Part shown: positions 38,454-48,790 of the stretch, in pieces
Numbering within the stretch: the first letter of the stretch is position 1
Layout of the letters: each line of letters begins with the position of its first letter
Assembly: GCA_963755265.1 (NCBI GenBank)
Contig: CAVWKV010000080.1
Location: 28,096-92,095 of the forward strand
DNA length: 64,000 nucleotides
Direction: 5' to 3'
DNA from: an uncultured Methanomassiliicoccales archaeon
GTDB taxonomy: Archaea > Thermoplasmatota > Thermoplasmata > Methanomassiliicoccales > UBA472
The notes under the pieces: generated by a model
Seen by the model: the letters and a program-made list of their open reading frames with translations, nothing else
What the model was told of the DNA's origin: nothing
Database searches by the model: none
Translations under genes and position numbers: made by a program

Positions 38454-38667
38454 GCATGATGTTACTGACTTGTAGGAATAATAGAATCAATAGTATCATT
38501 CAATAATGTAAGACCATTTTAGATCGATCAGCGCTTGATGACTCTGGCTGGAAATCGATTAATATAGTTTCTTGACCTGCCGTGGATTTCGCCCAGAGGG
38601 TCGTTCAATCATCCATGATAATCACGAAGCAACCTATATTGTCGAGCAGCGGTCTTGTACATCGGTT

Positions 38668-39249
38668 ATGCCTATGCATTCTAGGAGGAGTTACGGCTTC
38701 GTTGGATTCGCAGCCGCCTCATTCGTTACGGCGATGGTCTGTCTGATTGTAATCAGTTCAGTGGCCAGCTCATCTTCCGTGTCGAGGACCGGGGTAGTCA
38801 TCCAGGAAAACAGCCTTAACGCGATTCCGATAAATGTCGTCGGGACAACGAACATAAACTACAGGATCTTGGTCAGTTCCGGAGGAAACATATCAACCTA
38901 TATGATCGATCAAAACCAATTGACCAGTCTGGAGAATGGGTCATCTTTCTCCTCTTTTACAGAACTAAATTGCCTTGACATAAGTCAGGCCAGCACGTCG
39001 GGAAATCTGTCATCCGGTGAATATTACTTGGTAATCGTGAATGGCCTATCAGTCAATTCGACAGGACCGGTGACTATCGATTATCATGTCGATGTCGGCA
39101 GACAATCTGGAAGCATGTCCCTCATCGGCTGGATATGGTCCTTTGTGGCTCTCATTGCTGCGATGGCCATGGCCGTCGGAATCGTTAACCTATCTCGAGA
39201 AAAGCGGAACAAACCGGCAACCCCAAAACGGCCGAACACGCTTAGATAG
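38668..39249 (+). CDS. Bitopic surface protein (N- and C-terminal TM anchors, multiple N-x-S/T sequons)
   Basis: ORF 38572..39249; probable start MPMHSRRSYGF at 38668. TM FVGFAAASFVTAMVCLIVISSV, a beta-rich ectodomain with NIS, NGS, NLS and NST, a C-terminal TM IGWIWSFVALIAAMAMAVGIV and a basic tail. Confidence 0.5.
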   Translation: MPMHSRRSYGFVGFAAASFVTAMVCLIVISSVASSSSVSRTGVVIQENSLNAIPINVVGTTNINYRILVSSGGNISTYMIDQNQLTSLENGSSFSSFTELNCLDISQASTSGNLSSGEYYLVIVNGLSVNSTGPVTIDYHVDVGRQSGSMSLIGWIWSFVALIAAMAMAVGIVNLSREKRNKPATPKRPNTLR

Positions 39250-39394
39250 GAGACTCATCAATTTGCCAAAACAGACCTTAATGATAGCCTGATGAGTTCG
39301 TTAATTGTTTCTAGGGAATATCGTGATGCACGCCTAGTGGAGGCCGCACAATATTCCTTAAAAAAAGGAGCGTTGATGTGAGATCGCGATCACC

Positions 39395-39931
39395 TCACTT
39401 ATAGGCGAACTTTTCCCGGAACAGGTTGAGCGAGTATCTTATCTCCTTAAGGGCCACATCCCGACCGGCCCATCCTTCCACCTGAGTTCCCTTCCCCTCT
39501 TCCAGCCGTTTATAGGTCTTGAAGAACTCGGATATCTCGTCCAGCATATGTTTGGGCATGTCCTTGAGTTCGAAATAGTCCTGGTTCCGAGGGTCTCCGG
39601 TGGCCACGCACAGGATTTTGTCATCCCTGCCTTTCTCGTCGCTCATTTTGAGCACTCCGATAGGTCGTGCTTCTACGACGCAACCGGGAAACGTCGGTTC
39701 AGATAGGATCACCATAGCGTCGATCGGATCGCCATCATCGTAGTATGTCCTCGGTATCAGGCCATACGCGTGCGGATAGACGACCGACGAATGAAGAACC
39801 CTGTCCAGCAGGATACAGTCATATTCCTTAGAAACCTCATACTTGTTCTTGCTGTCCCTGGGGGTTTCGATGATGACATTAACGATCTCTGGTGGGTTGC
39901 GACCTGATGGGATCTTCTTCCATAGCGACAT
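39395..39931 (-). CDS. ppa: Inorganic pyrophosphatase (family I)
   Basis: 178 aa. VIIETPRDSKNKYEV...LDRVL...YPHAYGLIPRTYYDDGDPIDAMV. Confidence 0.95.
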   Translation of the reverse strand: MSLWKKIPSGRNPPEIVNVIIETPRDSKNKYEVSKEYDCILLDRVLHSSVVYPHAYGLIPRTYYDDGDPIDAMVILSEPTFPGCVVEARPIGVLKMSDEKGRDDKILCVATGDPRNQDYFELKDMPKHMLDEISEFFKTYKRLEEGKGTQVEGWAGRDVALKEIRYSLNLFREKFAYK

Positions 39932-40088
39932 ATTGCACGCCCTATTGCTAGCCTTGCGATAGGAGCTAGCTACTTATTGTTTTTGTCAGGACAACTGTCG
40001 AATGTCGCCCAGATTACCGAAACTAAAGTGGAAACCTCGGTACATCTTCGGGGTATGATGAACGACGCCGGATTGTAAGGATTAAAAT

Positions 40089-41381
40089 ATGCAAATCCCG
40101 ATATTGGGACGGGATGCGCTCATGGCAGTGGTAGAGATACAGCAGGTTTTGTTACAATTGTTCGTACTTATAGCATTTGCCATGGCGGCCGCCGTCATCT
40201 GTAAGTTGATTAAAGTGCCCGCTGTGATCGGCGAGATCCTGGTCGGTATCATCATTGGCAATACCGGGATGTTCGCCGCTCTGCAACTTGGGACCGACGC
40301 CCAGGTCTTTGAGGTCTTCAAGCAGTTAGGTGTGATCTTCCTGCTGTTCGCGGTTGGACTGGTCACCCCGTTTAGCGAGTTGCGTAAGATCGGCAGGACC
40401 GCATTCTTAGTGGCTTCGCTGGGAGTTATATTCCCATTCATCGGCGGCTATCTGTTCATGACCGCGCTCGGATACAGCCTTATCCCGTCGTTGTTCGTGG
40501 CGGCCGCCATGGTGGCCACAAGCGTAGGCATCACTGCAAGGGTGATAGGTGATATGGGACTCAGTGATGCCATCGAATCGCGCGTGATCATAGGCGCTGC
40601 GGTAATCGATGATGTACTTGGCATGCTGGTGTTGGCAGTGGTCGTAGGCATCGCGGGCGGTTCCGGAACCGACATAGCCCAGACCGCGATAGTGGCCATA
40701 GAGGGTGTCGTATTCGTCATCGCCGTAATAATAATCGGTGGCATGGTCATCCCGAAAGTACGCCGGACAAAGGAAAAGAGAGTGGATGTAGAGCACCCGC
40801 TCAAGACGTCATCGCCGCTCCTTAGTCCTCTACCATTAGCGCTGGTGGTGTGTTTCGCATTATCCTATATCGCCGCTTCGTTCGGACTCGCGGCCATCAT
40901 CGGTTCGTTCCTGGCTGGCATGGCCTTCGCAGAGTTCCAGGACCGCTGGCCTTGCAGGGAGAAGTTCGAGCCAATCAACGAATTCCTGGTCCCATTCTTC
41001 TTCATCTTCGTCGGCGTACAGGTCCAGCTCTCATCCTTCAATGACATTCTGTTCATCGGCCTGGCCTTGACCGCCATTGCCATAGTGACCAAGATAATCG
41101 GGTGTGGCTTAGGGGCCACGAGCCTGGGTGGAAAGTCAGCGTTGATCGTCGGAGTGGGAATGGCCCCGAGAGGGGAAGTGGGCCTCATCGTGGCCACGAT
41201 CGGATTGGGGATGGGTGACGTGTCAAATGCCATCTATTCTGTGGTGGTGTTCATGTCGTTGGCAACTACCATCGCCGCGCCATCGATGTTGACATATGCT
41301 TTCAAGGCCAAGTTCAAGAAGAAAGCGAAGAGGATCGAAAAAGATGACGATGACGGAGAGTTGAAGTTCCGTGAACGTTAA
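40089..41381 (+). CDS. Cation:proton antiporter (CPA2 / Kef-NapA type)
   Basis: 430 aa with about 12 hydrophobic helices. KVPAVIGEILVGIIIGNTG and GMAPRGEVGLIVA are typical Na_H_exchanger motifs. Confidence 0.85.
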   Translation: MQIPILGRDALMAVVEIQQVLLQLFVLIAFAMAAAVICKLIKVPAVIGEILVGIIIGNTGMFAALQLGTDAQVFEVFKQLGVIFLLFAVGLVTPFSELRKIGRTAFLVASLGVIFPFIGGYLFMTALGYSLIPSLFVAAAMVATSVGITARVIGDMGLSDAIESRVIIGAAVIDDVLGMLVLAVVVGIAGGSGTDIAQTAIVAIEGVVFVIAVIIIGGMVIPKVRRTKEKRVDVEHPLKTSSPLLSPLPLALVVCFALSYIAASFGLAAIIGSFLAGMAFAEFQDRWPCREKFEPINEFLVPFFFIFVGVQVQLSSFNDILFIGLALTAIAIVTKIIGCGLGATSLGGKSALIVGVGMAPRGEVGLIVATIGLGMGDVSNAIYSVVVFMSLATTIAAPSMLTYAFKAKFKKKAKRIEKDDDDGELKFRER

Positions 41382-41445
41382 GAGTCAGTCGAGAATAACA
41401 AGTTAATGTGATGTCGAGAAGGAGACCAATCTGGTGATCGACCGC

Positions 41446-41613
41446 TCAGGTAGGATAGATAACCTTGAGAAGTGAAACGATCACAATCGTGGCCACGATC
41501 ATTCCGATCACCACATAGGGGCTGAGCTTCGGGGCTTTCTCGTCCTCACTGTCGAAATAACGGATAAGACCCGCCGCGGATTGGAACCCTTGCCCTTTCT
41601 TTTCCTTAGGCAT
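41446..41613 (-). CDS. secG: Preprotein translocase subunit Sec61beta (SecG)
   Basis: Own translation; below the ORF-track size cutoff. MPKEKKGQGFQSAAGLIRYFDSEDEKAPKLSPYVVIGMIVATIVIVSLLKVIYPT (55 aa) has the GLxRYF motif and a single C-terminal TM. Confidence 0.7.
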   Translation of the reverse strand: MPKEKKGQGFQSAAGLIRYFDSEDEKAPKLSPYVVIGMIVATIVIVSLLKVIYPT

Positions 41614-41774
41614 GCTGATACCTGAACTCTAACCTGAAACCGCATATAAAAACGTTGAGGTATTGATGCTGGACGGCGGCAATCGTAATCTGTCAGTTGG
41701 GATTAAAGGCGAATGACAAGAATCACTGGGGAACAGGGTTTATTAACGCTCGTGTCCTTGCCCCGGCGATAAAC

Positions 41775-43316
41775 ATGCAGTGGGCAGACGTCATCGCGAA
41801 GGCATTGCTCGAAAAGGGACGGAAGCACTTGCTATCTACCGGGATCAGCCCTTCCGGCCATATCCACGTGGGAAGCCTGAGGGAGGCCATCACCGCAAAC
41901 GCCGTGAGAAAGGCCTTGCTGGACCAAGGAGCTGACGTCAAGCTGATCTACCTTGTCGACGACTACGACCCACTCCGGAAGAGGTACCCATTCCTTCCTG
42001 AATGTTATGAGAAGGAGATCGGCAGGCCACTGTGCCAGATCCCATGCCCCGGCGACAAATGCCATGAGAGCTATGGGGCTCATTTCATCCAGCCTTTCCT
42101 TGACGCAATCGCCGAGATGGGCATTCACCCAGATGTCTATTGGACCCATAAAGTGTATGAGGAAGGCAAGTTCGCCGAGCTCACCGACCTGGTCATCCGG
42201 GAAAAGGACAAAGTTGCGACAATTCTAAGGGAAGTGACCGGAAGGGACGTCCCCGCCAACTTCTGGCCTGTTTCGCCTCAGTGCGAGTCCTGCGGTCATT
42301 TCACGGACAACGTATTGTTATATGAGTATCCATACGTCCATTACAAATGCCATTGCGGACACGAGGGCAAGGCCGACCTACGTATCGGTCAGGCAAAACT
42401 CCCGTGGAGATTGGAGTGGGCAGCGAAGTGGAAGATATTCGGCGTTACCTGCGAACCGTTTGGAAAGGACCATGCCGCGGCCGGAGGTTCATACGAGAGC
42501 GGCGTCCGGTTCTGCAGGGAACTCTTCAACATAGAACCTCCGTACCCGATCCCATACGAGTTCATACAGTTCAAGGGCAAGGGGCAGATGCACAAGTCCA
42601 CTGGACACGTGGTCACCGGGACAGATGCCCTAAGGATCACTCCAGCCCCGGTCCTAAACTTCAGCGTCCTGCGCTACAACCCTGACAGGCATATCGACTA
42701 TGACCCTGGACTGGGCATACTGGATGTTGTTGATGAGTACGACCATATAGAATCGTTGTACTTCAACGGCGGCGCGGACGAGAAGGAGAAGGACCTGCTC
42801 CGCGCATACGAGATCGCTCAATCGAAGTGCGTGCGTACGAAACTGCCTATGCAGGTGCCGTACCGCCATCTGGTCTCCCTGGTCCAGATATCCGAGAGCT
42901 TCGAAGGGGTCATGGACATCATCAAAAGAACCGAGAACATGGTGGAGGCGTCCTCAGAGGATGTTGAAGTGCTCAAGCAGCGCTGCGACTGCGTGCGCTT
43001 CTGGCTGGAGATGTTCGCGCCTGATGAGGTCAAGTTCGCTATCGCCAAAGACATGCCGACAGTGGAACTGACCGCCCAGGAGAAGGCGTATTTCTCGGTA
43101 CTGCAGACGGCACTAGCAGATGCGAACTGGGACCCTGACACGATCCACAATGCGGTTTACGATAATGCCAAGGGCTCAGGCATCCTGCCAAAGGTTGCGT
43201 TCCAAGGCTTGTACAAGATATTCGTCTCCCGCACATCCGGGCCACGTCTAGGCTATTTCCTTTCAACGCTGGACCGCGCATTCGTGATCAAGAGATTGGC
43301 CGAGGCCAGTGCTTAA
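41775..43316 (+). CDS. lysK: Lysine--tRNA ligase, class I
   Basis: ORF 41697..43316 (TTG); ATG 41775 gives MQWADVIAKAL. ISPSGHIHVGSLREA (HIGH-like) and GQMHKSTGHV (KMSKS-like), the class I LysRS pattern. Confidence 0.9.
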   Translation: MQWADVIAKALLEKGRKHLLSTGISPSGHIHVGSLREAITANAVRKALLDQGADVKLIYLVDDYDPLRKRYPFLPECYEKEIGRPLCQIPCPGDKCHESYGAHFIQPFLDAIAEMGIHPDVYWTHKVYEEGKFAELTDLVIREKDKVATILREVTGRDVPANFWPVSPQCESCGHFTDNVLLYEYPYVHYKCHCGHEGKADLRIGQAKLPWRLEWAAKWKIFGVTCEPFGKDHAAAGGSYESGVRFCRELFNIEPPYPIPYEFIQFKGKGQMHKSTGHVVTGTDALRITPAPVLNFSVLRYNPDRHIDYDPGLGILDVVDEYDHIESLYFNGGADEKEKDLLRAYEIAQSKCVRTKLPMQVPYRHLVSLVQISESFEGVMDIIKRTENMVEASSEDVEVLKQRCDCVRFWLEMFAPDEVKFAIAKDMPTVELTAQEKAYFSVLQTALADANWDPDTIHNAVYDNAKGSGILPKVAFQGLYKIFVSRTSGPRLGYFLSTLDRAFVIKRLAEASA

Positions 43317-43693
43317 GCCGGCCTCCTCCTTATCGAGAAGAGTAAGGCGAAAACAGCGAACCAGACAAGGCCCAGCACGATCAGGATGACAACGTTCCCA
43401 GGAAAGAAACTGTTCAGGATGAGCAATGTCCCAATCATTACCAGCAGGTTGCCCCAGAATATGTAGTAGTTCGAGTCGGATTTTGTCCAGGGGGTTCCTT
43501 GGGTTGGCCTTCTAAGGGTCACTCCAATGATTATGACGTATACACCCATTTCCAAGAATATCAGCGGCACCAATATCCACCAGTTATTCAGTGCGTAGGA
43601 TATCATGATGGCAACGGCCATTGAAAGCAGCACTGCGGCGGCTGATAACCCGGCGTTGTTGAACCTGCGATTACCGTCGGTCATAGGAACCAT
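43313..43693 (-). CDS. Small membrane protein (about 4 TM), unknown function
   Basis: 126 aa, four hydrophobic segments, no recognisable motif. Convergent 4-nt overlap with the lysK stop. Confidence 0.45.
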   Translation of the reverse strand: MVPMTDGNRRFNNAGLSAAAVLLSMAVAIMISYALNNWWILVPLIFLEMGVYVIIIGVTLRRPTQGTPWTKSDSNYYIFWGNLLVMIGTLLILNSFFPGNVVILIVLGLVWFAVFALLFSIRRRPA

Positions 43694-43730
43694 ATAGCGA
43701 TTGGCCCACCGAGATAATAAAGCTGACCAT

Positions 43731-44855
43731 CTACCTGCGCAACAGGCCCAACTCCTTCAGCTTGTCGGGCATATACTTGTCCGTGACGAAATCGAGTCCG
43801 TACTTGGCTAGTGCCTGCTGTTCTGCCTTCTTGTTAAGCTTCAGCATGGTCTCTATCTCGTCCTTCCAGTACTGGTCGGCGAAACGGGGGTCATTGAGTT
43901 CCGCGTGCAATGCCCTGATGTCCATATCGGTAAGCTTGTCGGTCGGCAGCTCATAGTTCATTATGTCGGTCGCGGTTATTCCAATGAACTGGGCCGATGG
44001 GGTGGCCAGGTACTCGCTTATGTGGGCCGTCTTAATGGCGCCATAGGCGACTGAGGCGAATATCCTGAACGACCATGGATCACCATCGGTGAACACGATG
44101 ATCGGGAGGTTCATCTCCTCGTTCAGGCGCTTGATGAAGCGGCGGGTGCTTCTGGCGGGCTGTCCCTTCAGATGCACAAGCACCGCATCATTGTCCTCGG
44201 CAAAGCCGTTCTCCACCAGACGGTCGAACATACCGCCGGTCTCGATGGCGACCACGAACTTGGCCCCGTTCTCGATCAGCTGTACCTTTTCCTTCTCGAC
44301 GTTGTAGGGAATACCGTAACCTGAGTCCCCAACATCGTCCAGGCAGTTGATACGCTTGGTCTTGCCCTTCCGGTCGAACTCCTCGATGGTGATATTCCCG
44401 ATGACACTTGCGCCATTCTCTTCAGGGCGGAGCTTGAAGTCCTCCCGCATGCAGTTGGTGACGATCTCCAGGTCCTCGGCGAGCAGATTCGATTCGTCCT
44501 GGCTATGAAACTTGGCCTTCCCCCAGCCTTCGGAGATGTAATACATCTCCCTTAGTGTGGACGATTTGTTCTTGTCGATCATGTCCTCGATGAGCTCAAG
44601 CGTGAACATTGTTCGCAAGAGCATCATTGCTCCATTGGTCTTCTTGGCCGTCCTTGTTCCGGTGGCGTGTCCATACTTGAAGACGCCGTGCTTAGGGTCG
44701 AACCTGATGTTGCTCTTGGTCCTCAGCGGAAGGACCATCTTCGGAATCTTCCCGTGATCGATCTGGTCGTAGATCGAGTTCGCCACGTCGAAGAGCGCTT
44801 CCACCGCTTTGTTGTCAACCTTTTTCTCTGGTTGATCCTGGGTCTCATCAGTCAT
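43731..44855 (-). CDS. top6A: DNA topoisomerase VI subunit A (Spo11-like)
   Basis: 374 aa. [13 protein letters not shown] (catalytic Tyr region), Toprim [12 protein letters not shown]...[11 protein letters not shown]. Confidence 0.95.
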   Translation of the reverse strand: MTDETQDQPEKKVDNKAVEALFDVANSIYDQIDHGKIPKMVLPLRTKSNIRFDPKHGVFKYGHATGTRTAKKTNGAMMLLRTMFTLELIEDMIDKNKSSTLREMYYISEGWGKAKFHSQDESNLLAEDLEIVTNCMREDFKLRPEENGASVIGNITIEEFDRKGKTKRINCLDDVGDSGYGIPYNVEKEKVQLIENGAKFVVAIETGGMFDRLVENGFAEDNDAVLVHLKGQPARSTRRFIKRLNEEMNLPIIVFTDGDPWSFRIFASVAYGAIKTAHISEYLATPSAQFIGITATDIMNYELPTDKLTDMDIRALHAELNDPRFADQYWKDEIETMLKLNKKAEQQALAKYGLDFVTDKYMPDKLKELGLLRR

Positions 44856-46872
44856 CGCTCAGCGCCTCCGATTTCTCGTCGTAATCGACCTCATCTTCAT
44901 CATCAGCCTCCGGCCTGTCGGGCTCGACCGGAGCGATCTCGGTTATGTTAAGGCCTTTGATGTCCCAATCACCAGGCAACGGATCGGCTCCTATGATAGA
45001 GACGGGGTTTATGCCACTGGAATAGATTTCGTTCTCCTCGTATGCCTCTTCATCCAGGCCATTTAGGTAGAACGATATCTCCACCTTCCCGGTGGAGGGA
45101 ATGGTCTTGAGCTCCCAGGTGGCCTTCCCATCATCCCGGATGTCCTTGGGGAATATGCCCAACCCTTGGTAATCAAAGGCCCCCTTGGGCAGCACCATAT
45201 GGATGTTGAGCCGCTGCCCATGTGGCGTGTAGTTGTAGATGGTGACCCGGACCTTGTGCCGGCCATTCTCGAACGTGACATCGTCATCGATCCAGACCAC
45301 GTTCATGATCTTCGTTATCGTGCCCGTCAGAGATGGAACAGGTTTGTCCACGATCTTGGCGCTCTTCTGCGCTATCAAGGGCAGGATCACCTGCACGATG
45401 TCGAACTTCTCTTTTGTGCGAGCTTTTGTTTCCTTCTTGTTCAGATGCGTCTTCAGAGTGCGGCCGCACGTTCTCAGGGCGATCTCAATCTCATTTTGGA
45501 TCCCGGGTATGCTAGCAATTGCCTCCTTGGCCTCGGATGTGAAAGGCACCTTGGTCGAAGCAACGTGAACTATGATTATCGCCGGGCCGAACGGTATTCC
45601 GTTGCCCCCACGCTGCTCCAGACCATACCTGCGCCAGTCCACCGTCTCCACAGCCTTGGTGATGGCACAGGCGCCTTGCTGATACATAAGCGGCACCCGG
45701 TTCGCGAACCTGAGCAGTTGAACCGGTTGGTCCGCCGGTATGCCCCCGCCGTAGACGATGCCGACCTCGATCAGGAAAGGGTTGCCGGCATTGACCCTGG
45801 GGTCACGGGTCACCGGCGGACAATAGAACTCCGGTCTTACGTCGACCAGGACGTTTTTTAACCCTTTGCGGATAAGATTCTCGCCGATCGGGGAAAGACA
45901 GTCCGTGGGCGGACCCATGATCTTAACCGAGGACATTGCGGTAAGCAGCCGTTTGTAATCTTCCAGCTTCAACCCGTTCTTGTTCTTTTCCGGGTCCCAG
46001 CTCTTGAGGTTGGTCCTGTCCTGATCCATTCCCGCTTTTTCCGATATGTCCCTTGCCAGACGGTCGCTTATGCGGCAGAAATCGGTCTGCAGGAACTTTG
46101 ATAGGGTCTTGGCCTTGCTCTCGTTGGCCATGTTCATGAGGGTTCCGAGTTCGATGCCCTCAGGATGGGGCTTGATCTCCTTTACCGCCGGCGGCAGCAT
46201 GTCCGTCGCTCTTTCGAATGTTATGCTTCTGCCATCTGGGTCGATGAAAGTGATCTTGGCATGCGGATTAACGATAGCTGTCTGTTTCAGATATTCCAGG
46301 ACCGATTGCTTGCCAGTCATGTACCGACCGTTCATGAAGAACTCTATCCTGATTCCGTGTTCTTTCCCTTCCCAAATGACCGGATTTTCCTTGAAGACGT
46401 CTGGCATGTTCTTCTTGGTGTTGACCATGATGTCGAGTTCCCAGGCGGTGTCTTCATTGCCCACTTTGGACCGCACTGTGGCCGGCTTACCAGTGGTGAT
46501 CTGGCCGAACATGACGGTGGCAGAAATACCAATTCCCTGTTGTCCTCGGGACTGGCGAACCGCATGGAACCGGGAACCGTACAAGAGCCGACCGAAAACA
46601 TTGGGAATGGCCTTCTTGATGATACCGGGACCGTTATCCTCGACCGTTACCTTATACTCGTTGGCCTCGACCTTCTCGATGCGAACATAAATATCGGGAA
46701 GGATCATCGCTTCCTCGCATGCATCGAGGGAGTTGTCCACCGCCTCCTTAACCCCCATGATCAGGGACTTAACCTGTGAATCGAAACCCAATATCTGCCT
46801 GTTGCGTTCGAAGAACTCAGAGACCGATATCTCCTTCTGTTTCTTTGCCAGCTCTTCAGCGATGGAGTTCAC
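44848..46872 (-). CDS. top6B: DNA topoisomerase VI subunit B (GHKL ATPase), with acidic C-terminal tail
   Basis: 674 aa. [33 protein letters not shown] and SRGQQGIG Bergerat-fold motifs. Overlaps the top6A start by 8 nt. Confidence 0.95.
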   Translation of the reverse strand: MNSIAEELAKKQKEISVSEFFERNRQILGFDSQVKSLIMGVKEAVDNSLDACEEAMILPDIYVRIEKVEANEYKVTVEDNGPGIIKKAIPNVFGRLLYGSRFHAVRQSRGQQGIGISATVMFGQITTGKPATVRSKVGNEDTAWELDIMVNTKKNMPDVFKENPVIWEGKEHGIRIEFFMNGRYMTGKQSVLEYLKQTAIVNPHAKITFIDPDGRSITFERATDMLPPAVKEIKPHPEGIELGTLMNMANESKAKTLSKFLQTDFCRISDRLARDISEKAGMDQDRTNLKSWDPEKNKNGLKLEDYKRLLTAMSSVKIMGPPTDCLSPIGENLIRKGLKNVLVDVRPEFYCPPVTRDPRVNAGNPFLIEVGIVYGGGIPADQPVQLLRFANRVPLMYQQGACAITKAVETVDWRRYGLEQRGGNGIPFGPAIIIVHVASTKVPFTSEAKEAIASIPGIQNEIEIALRTCGRTLKTHLNKKETKARTKEKFDIVQVILPLIAQKSAKIVDKPVPSLTGTITKIMNVVWIDDDVTFENGRHKVRVTIYNYTPHGQRLNIHMVLPKGAFDYQGLGIFPKDIRDDGKATWELKTIPSTGKVEISFYLNGLDEEAYEENEIYSSGINPVSIIGADPLPGDWDIKGLNITEIAPVEPDRPEADDEDEVDYDEKSEALSDD

Positions 46873-46982
46873 GAGATCACCCTCTCAAGATATGACTGAA
46901 TGAATGCATCCCGGTGGCCAATATCCCCACGCAGATACTTATAAAAAATGGAGGAAATGGAAAAGGTTTAACCAGGAATTGC

Positions 46983-47999
46983 TCACTTCTTGGGCAATTC
47001 CTTGCCGCAGTTCCAGCACTTGACATCGGACTCGAGGACCTTGGCCTTGCAATAGGGGCATTCCCGTTCGACCGCCTCCTCGAACTTCTCTCCGCAGCGC
47101 GGGCACTCTTTGGCATCAATCGGCACATCGGCACCGCATTCTGAGCAGATGAACTTGTCAACCACCTTCTGTCCATCCTCGCCCTTCTTCTCCTGTTTGC
47201 GGGCTTTGTCGAACTCGGCCATCTTGGCCTTGGACCTGTCCATCCACCAGGTCAGTACCAGAAGCAAATAGAACAATAGTCCGATCTGGAATAGGCCGAT
47301 GAATAGGATTCCGTAGTACAGATACGACGTGAGAACGTTGTCCATGCTCATGGCTACCGGTCCTAGTGCCGCGTTAGTGAGCACATACCCTCCAGCGACA
47401 AGCCCCTGGTACTGGAACTGATAGATACCTTCTGACAGATTGCTCAGGGTCTTGGTGAAGATCGCACTAGAGTTTGCAGCGTCCATACCCGCATAGGTCA
47501 TGGAATAATTCAACGTATCAGTGCTTCCCCCGTTGGTGGCCAGCAGGTATACGATGCTGTTGTTGGTTCCATTGACGACCTCAACAGTGAAGTTATACGA
47601 ATCAGAAGGCAGGCCCTTGACCGGGGTAACCTGACCGGCTATGAGCTCGTTGTTCTCCGAATGTAATACCGAACCGCTGTAGCCCTGGATATAGAAATAG
47701 ATGTTCAGACCGAAGACGATTCCCAGAAACAGTATTAGGACAGTTCCGAAAACGGCCAGTTTCTTTCTGTTCTTAAGCCCGAAGTAGTATGGTATACCAT
47801 ATGCAACCAGGGCGATCAGCATTGGAATGAAGCACAATGAAATTGCGTATAACGTCAGTGCCAGGGTGAGCAGGACAGTAATCGCAAGGCCCAACGGAAC
47901 CGCATACTTCTGCTTCCTGAATTTGTTGAAGCTTTCTTTAAATGACATTGACGCGCAATCGAATGTTCCACCTTTAAATCTTTTGAGAACATAAGACAC
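46983..47999 (-). CDS. Membrane protein with sequon-rich ectodomain and cytoplasmic double zinc ribbon
   Basis: 338 aa. TM helices flank an N-x-S/T-rich loop. The C-terminus is CSECG...CPRCG...CPYCK...CWNCG. Confidence 0.55.
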   Translation of the reverse strand: MSYVLKRFKGGTFDCASMSFKESFNKFRKQKYAVPLGLAITVLLTLALTLYAISLCFIPMLIALVAYGIPYYFGLKNRKKLAVFGTVLILFLGIVFGLNIYFYIQGYSGSVLHSENNELIAGQVTPVKGLPSDSYNFTVEVVNGTNNSIVYLLATNGGSTDTLNYSMTYAGMDAANSSAIFTKTLSNLSEGIYQFQYQGLVAGGYVLTNAALGPVAMSMDNVLTSYLYYGILFIGLFQIGLLFYLLLVLTWWMDRSKAKMAEFDKARKQEKKGEDGQKVVDKFICSECGADVPIDAKECPRCGEKFEEAVERECPYCKAKVLESDVKCWNCGKELPKK

Positions 48000-48146
48000 C
48001 TTTTATTCCCGATTTGGACTATTTCTAAGGAATTGTAGACTCGATCAGGGATCACTATTACGCATTCTCCCTGATTGGTTTACAAAGATACCTGATATAG
48101 GCCATTACTCTAGAACAAATAGTCTCATTCTTTCTCATTCGGGCCT

Positions 48147-48495
48147 TCACAATTCCTGGATGAGCTCAAATGGGAGATCCTCATTAATCGGAATGCGAAG
48201 GGACCCTTTGATAGTTTCATATCCCACCAGTCCTTCTTGTATTCCTCCAGAATCGGAGTGCGAATGTAAAGTTCAATATGGGCTTTTGCCAGACCGAAAT
48301 AGATCCATGGTCCTTTGTAGCTGTAATAGGCATTCCATACTGATGTGTTCCTAGGCCGCCATTGCTACCTTCTTGATGTTGCCCTGAGCTCCGGAGCTTT
48401 CTCTGAGCTTCCTTCGGAACTCTCTCGACATAAGCGTTCATATCTTCGGGGTTGACTTGATCGGGAGCAAACTGGACGGACACGATAAAGAACAA
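48147..48495 (-). pseudogene. Decayed DUF1801 (YdhG-like) domain gene
   Basis: ORF 48217..48495 plus own alternate-frame reading. DMNAYVERVPKEAQRKLR | ELRATIKKVAMAA*EHIS | YGMPITATKDHGSISVWQKPILNFTFAL | SGGIQEGLVGYETIKGSLRIPINEDLPFELIQEL* requires about 3 frame switches and one in-frame TAG. Confidence 0.45.
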
Positions 48496-48790
48496 ATCGG
48501 CTACCGGAATGAAGATGAGATAATTCCAGATTTTATTCCAACGGATATCTGGACCTCATTATAGCTGGCACAATAGGTTACTGAGATCGAAACTACTTGA
48601 TAACGTTAAATTTAGATTACTTTACTGATTCAGGATCCGTTCGCTTCCTGACACCTACCCAGACGAAGTCTGCACCAATAATCATATAATGGTGTCCGGT
48701 ATTGAAGCGTCTTACGCAGAGAATGAACATGCCCATTTCAATAGGTTCATATCCATCATTTCCTGAATACAGACCAAGGGGCGACAGCTG

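Noticed and set aside
48217-48350. In-frame TAG in the DUF1801 relic as a possible pyrrolysine or read-through codon.
   Set aside because: TAG is used as an ordinary stop for at least Pop5 (15231), SBDS (16779) and glnA (24271) in this window. No Pyl-type methyltransferase or pyl gene is present, and the same relic also needs several frameshifts.
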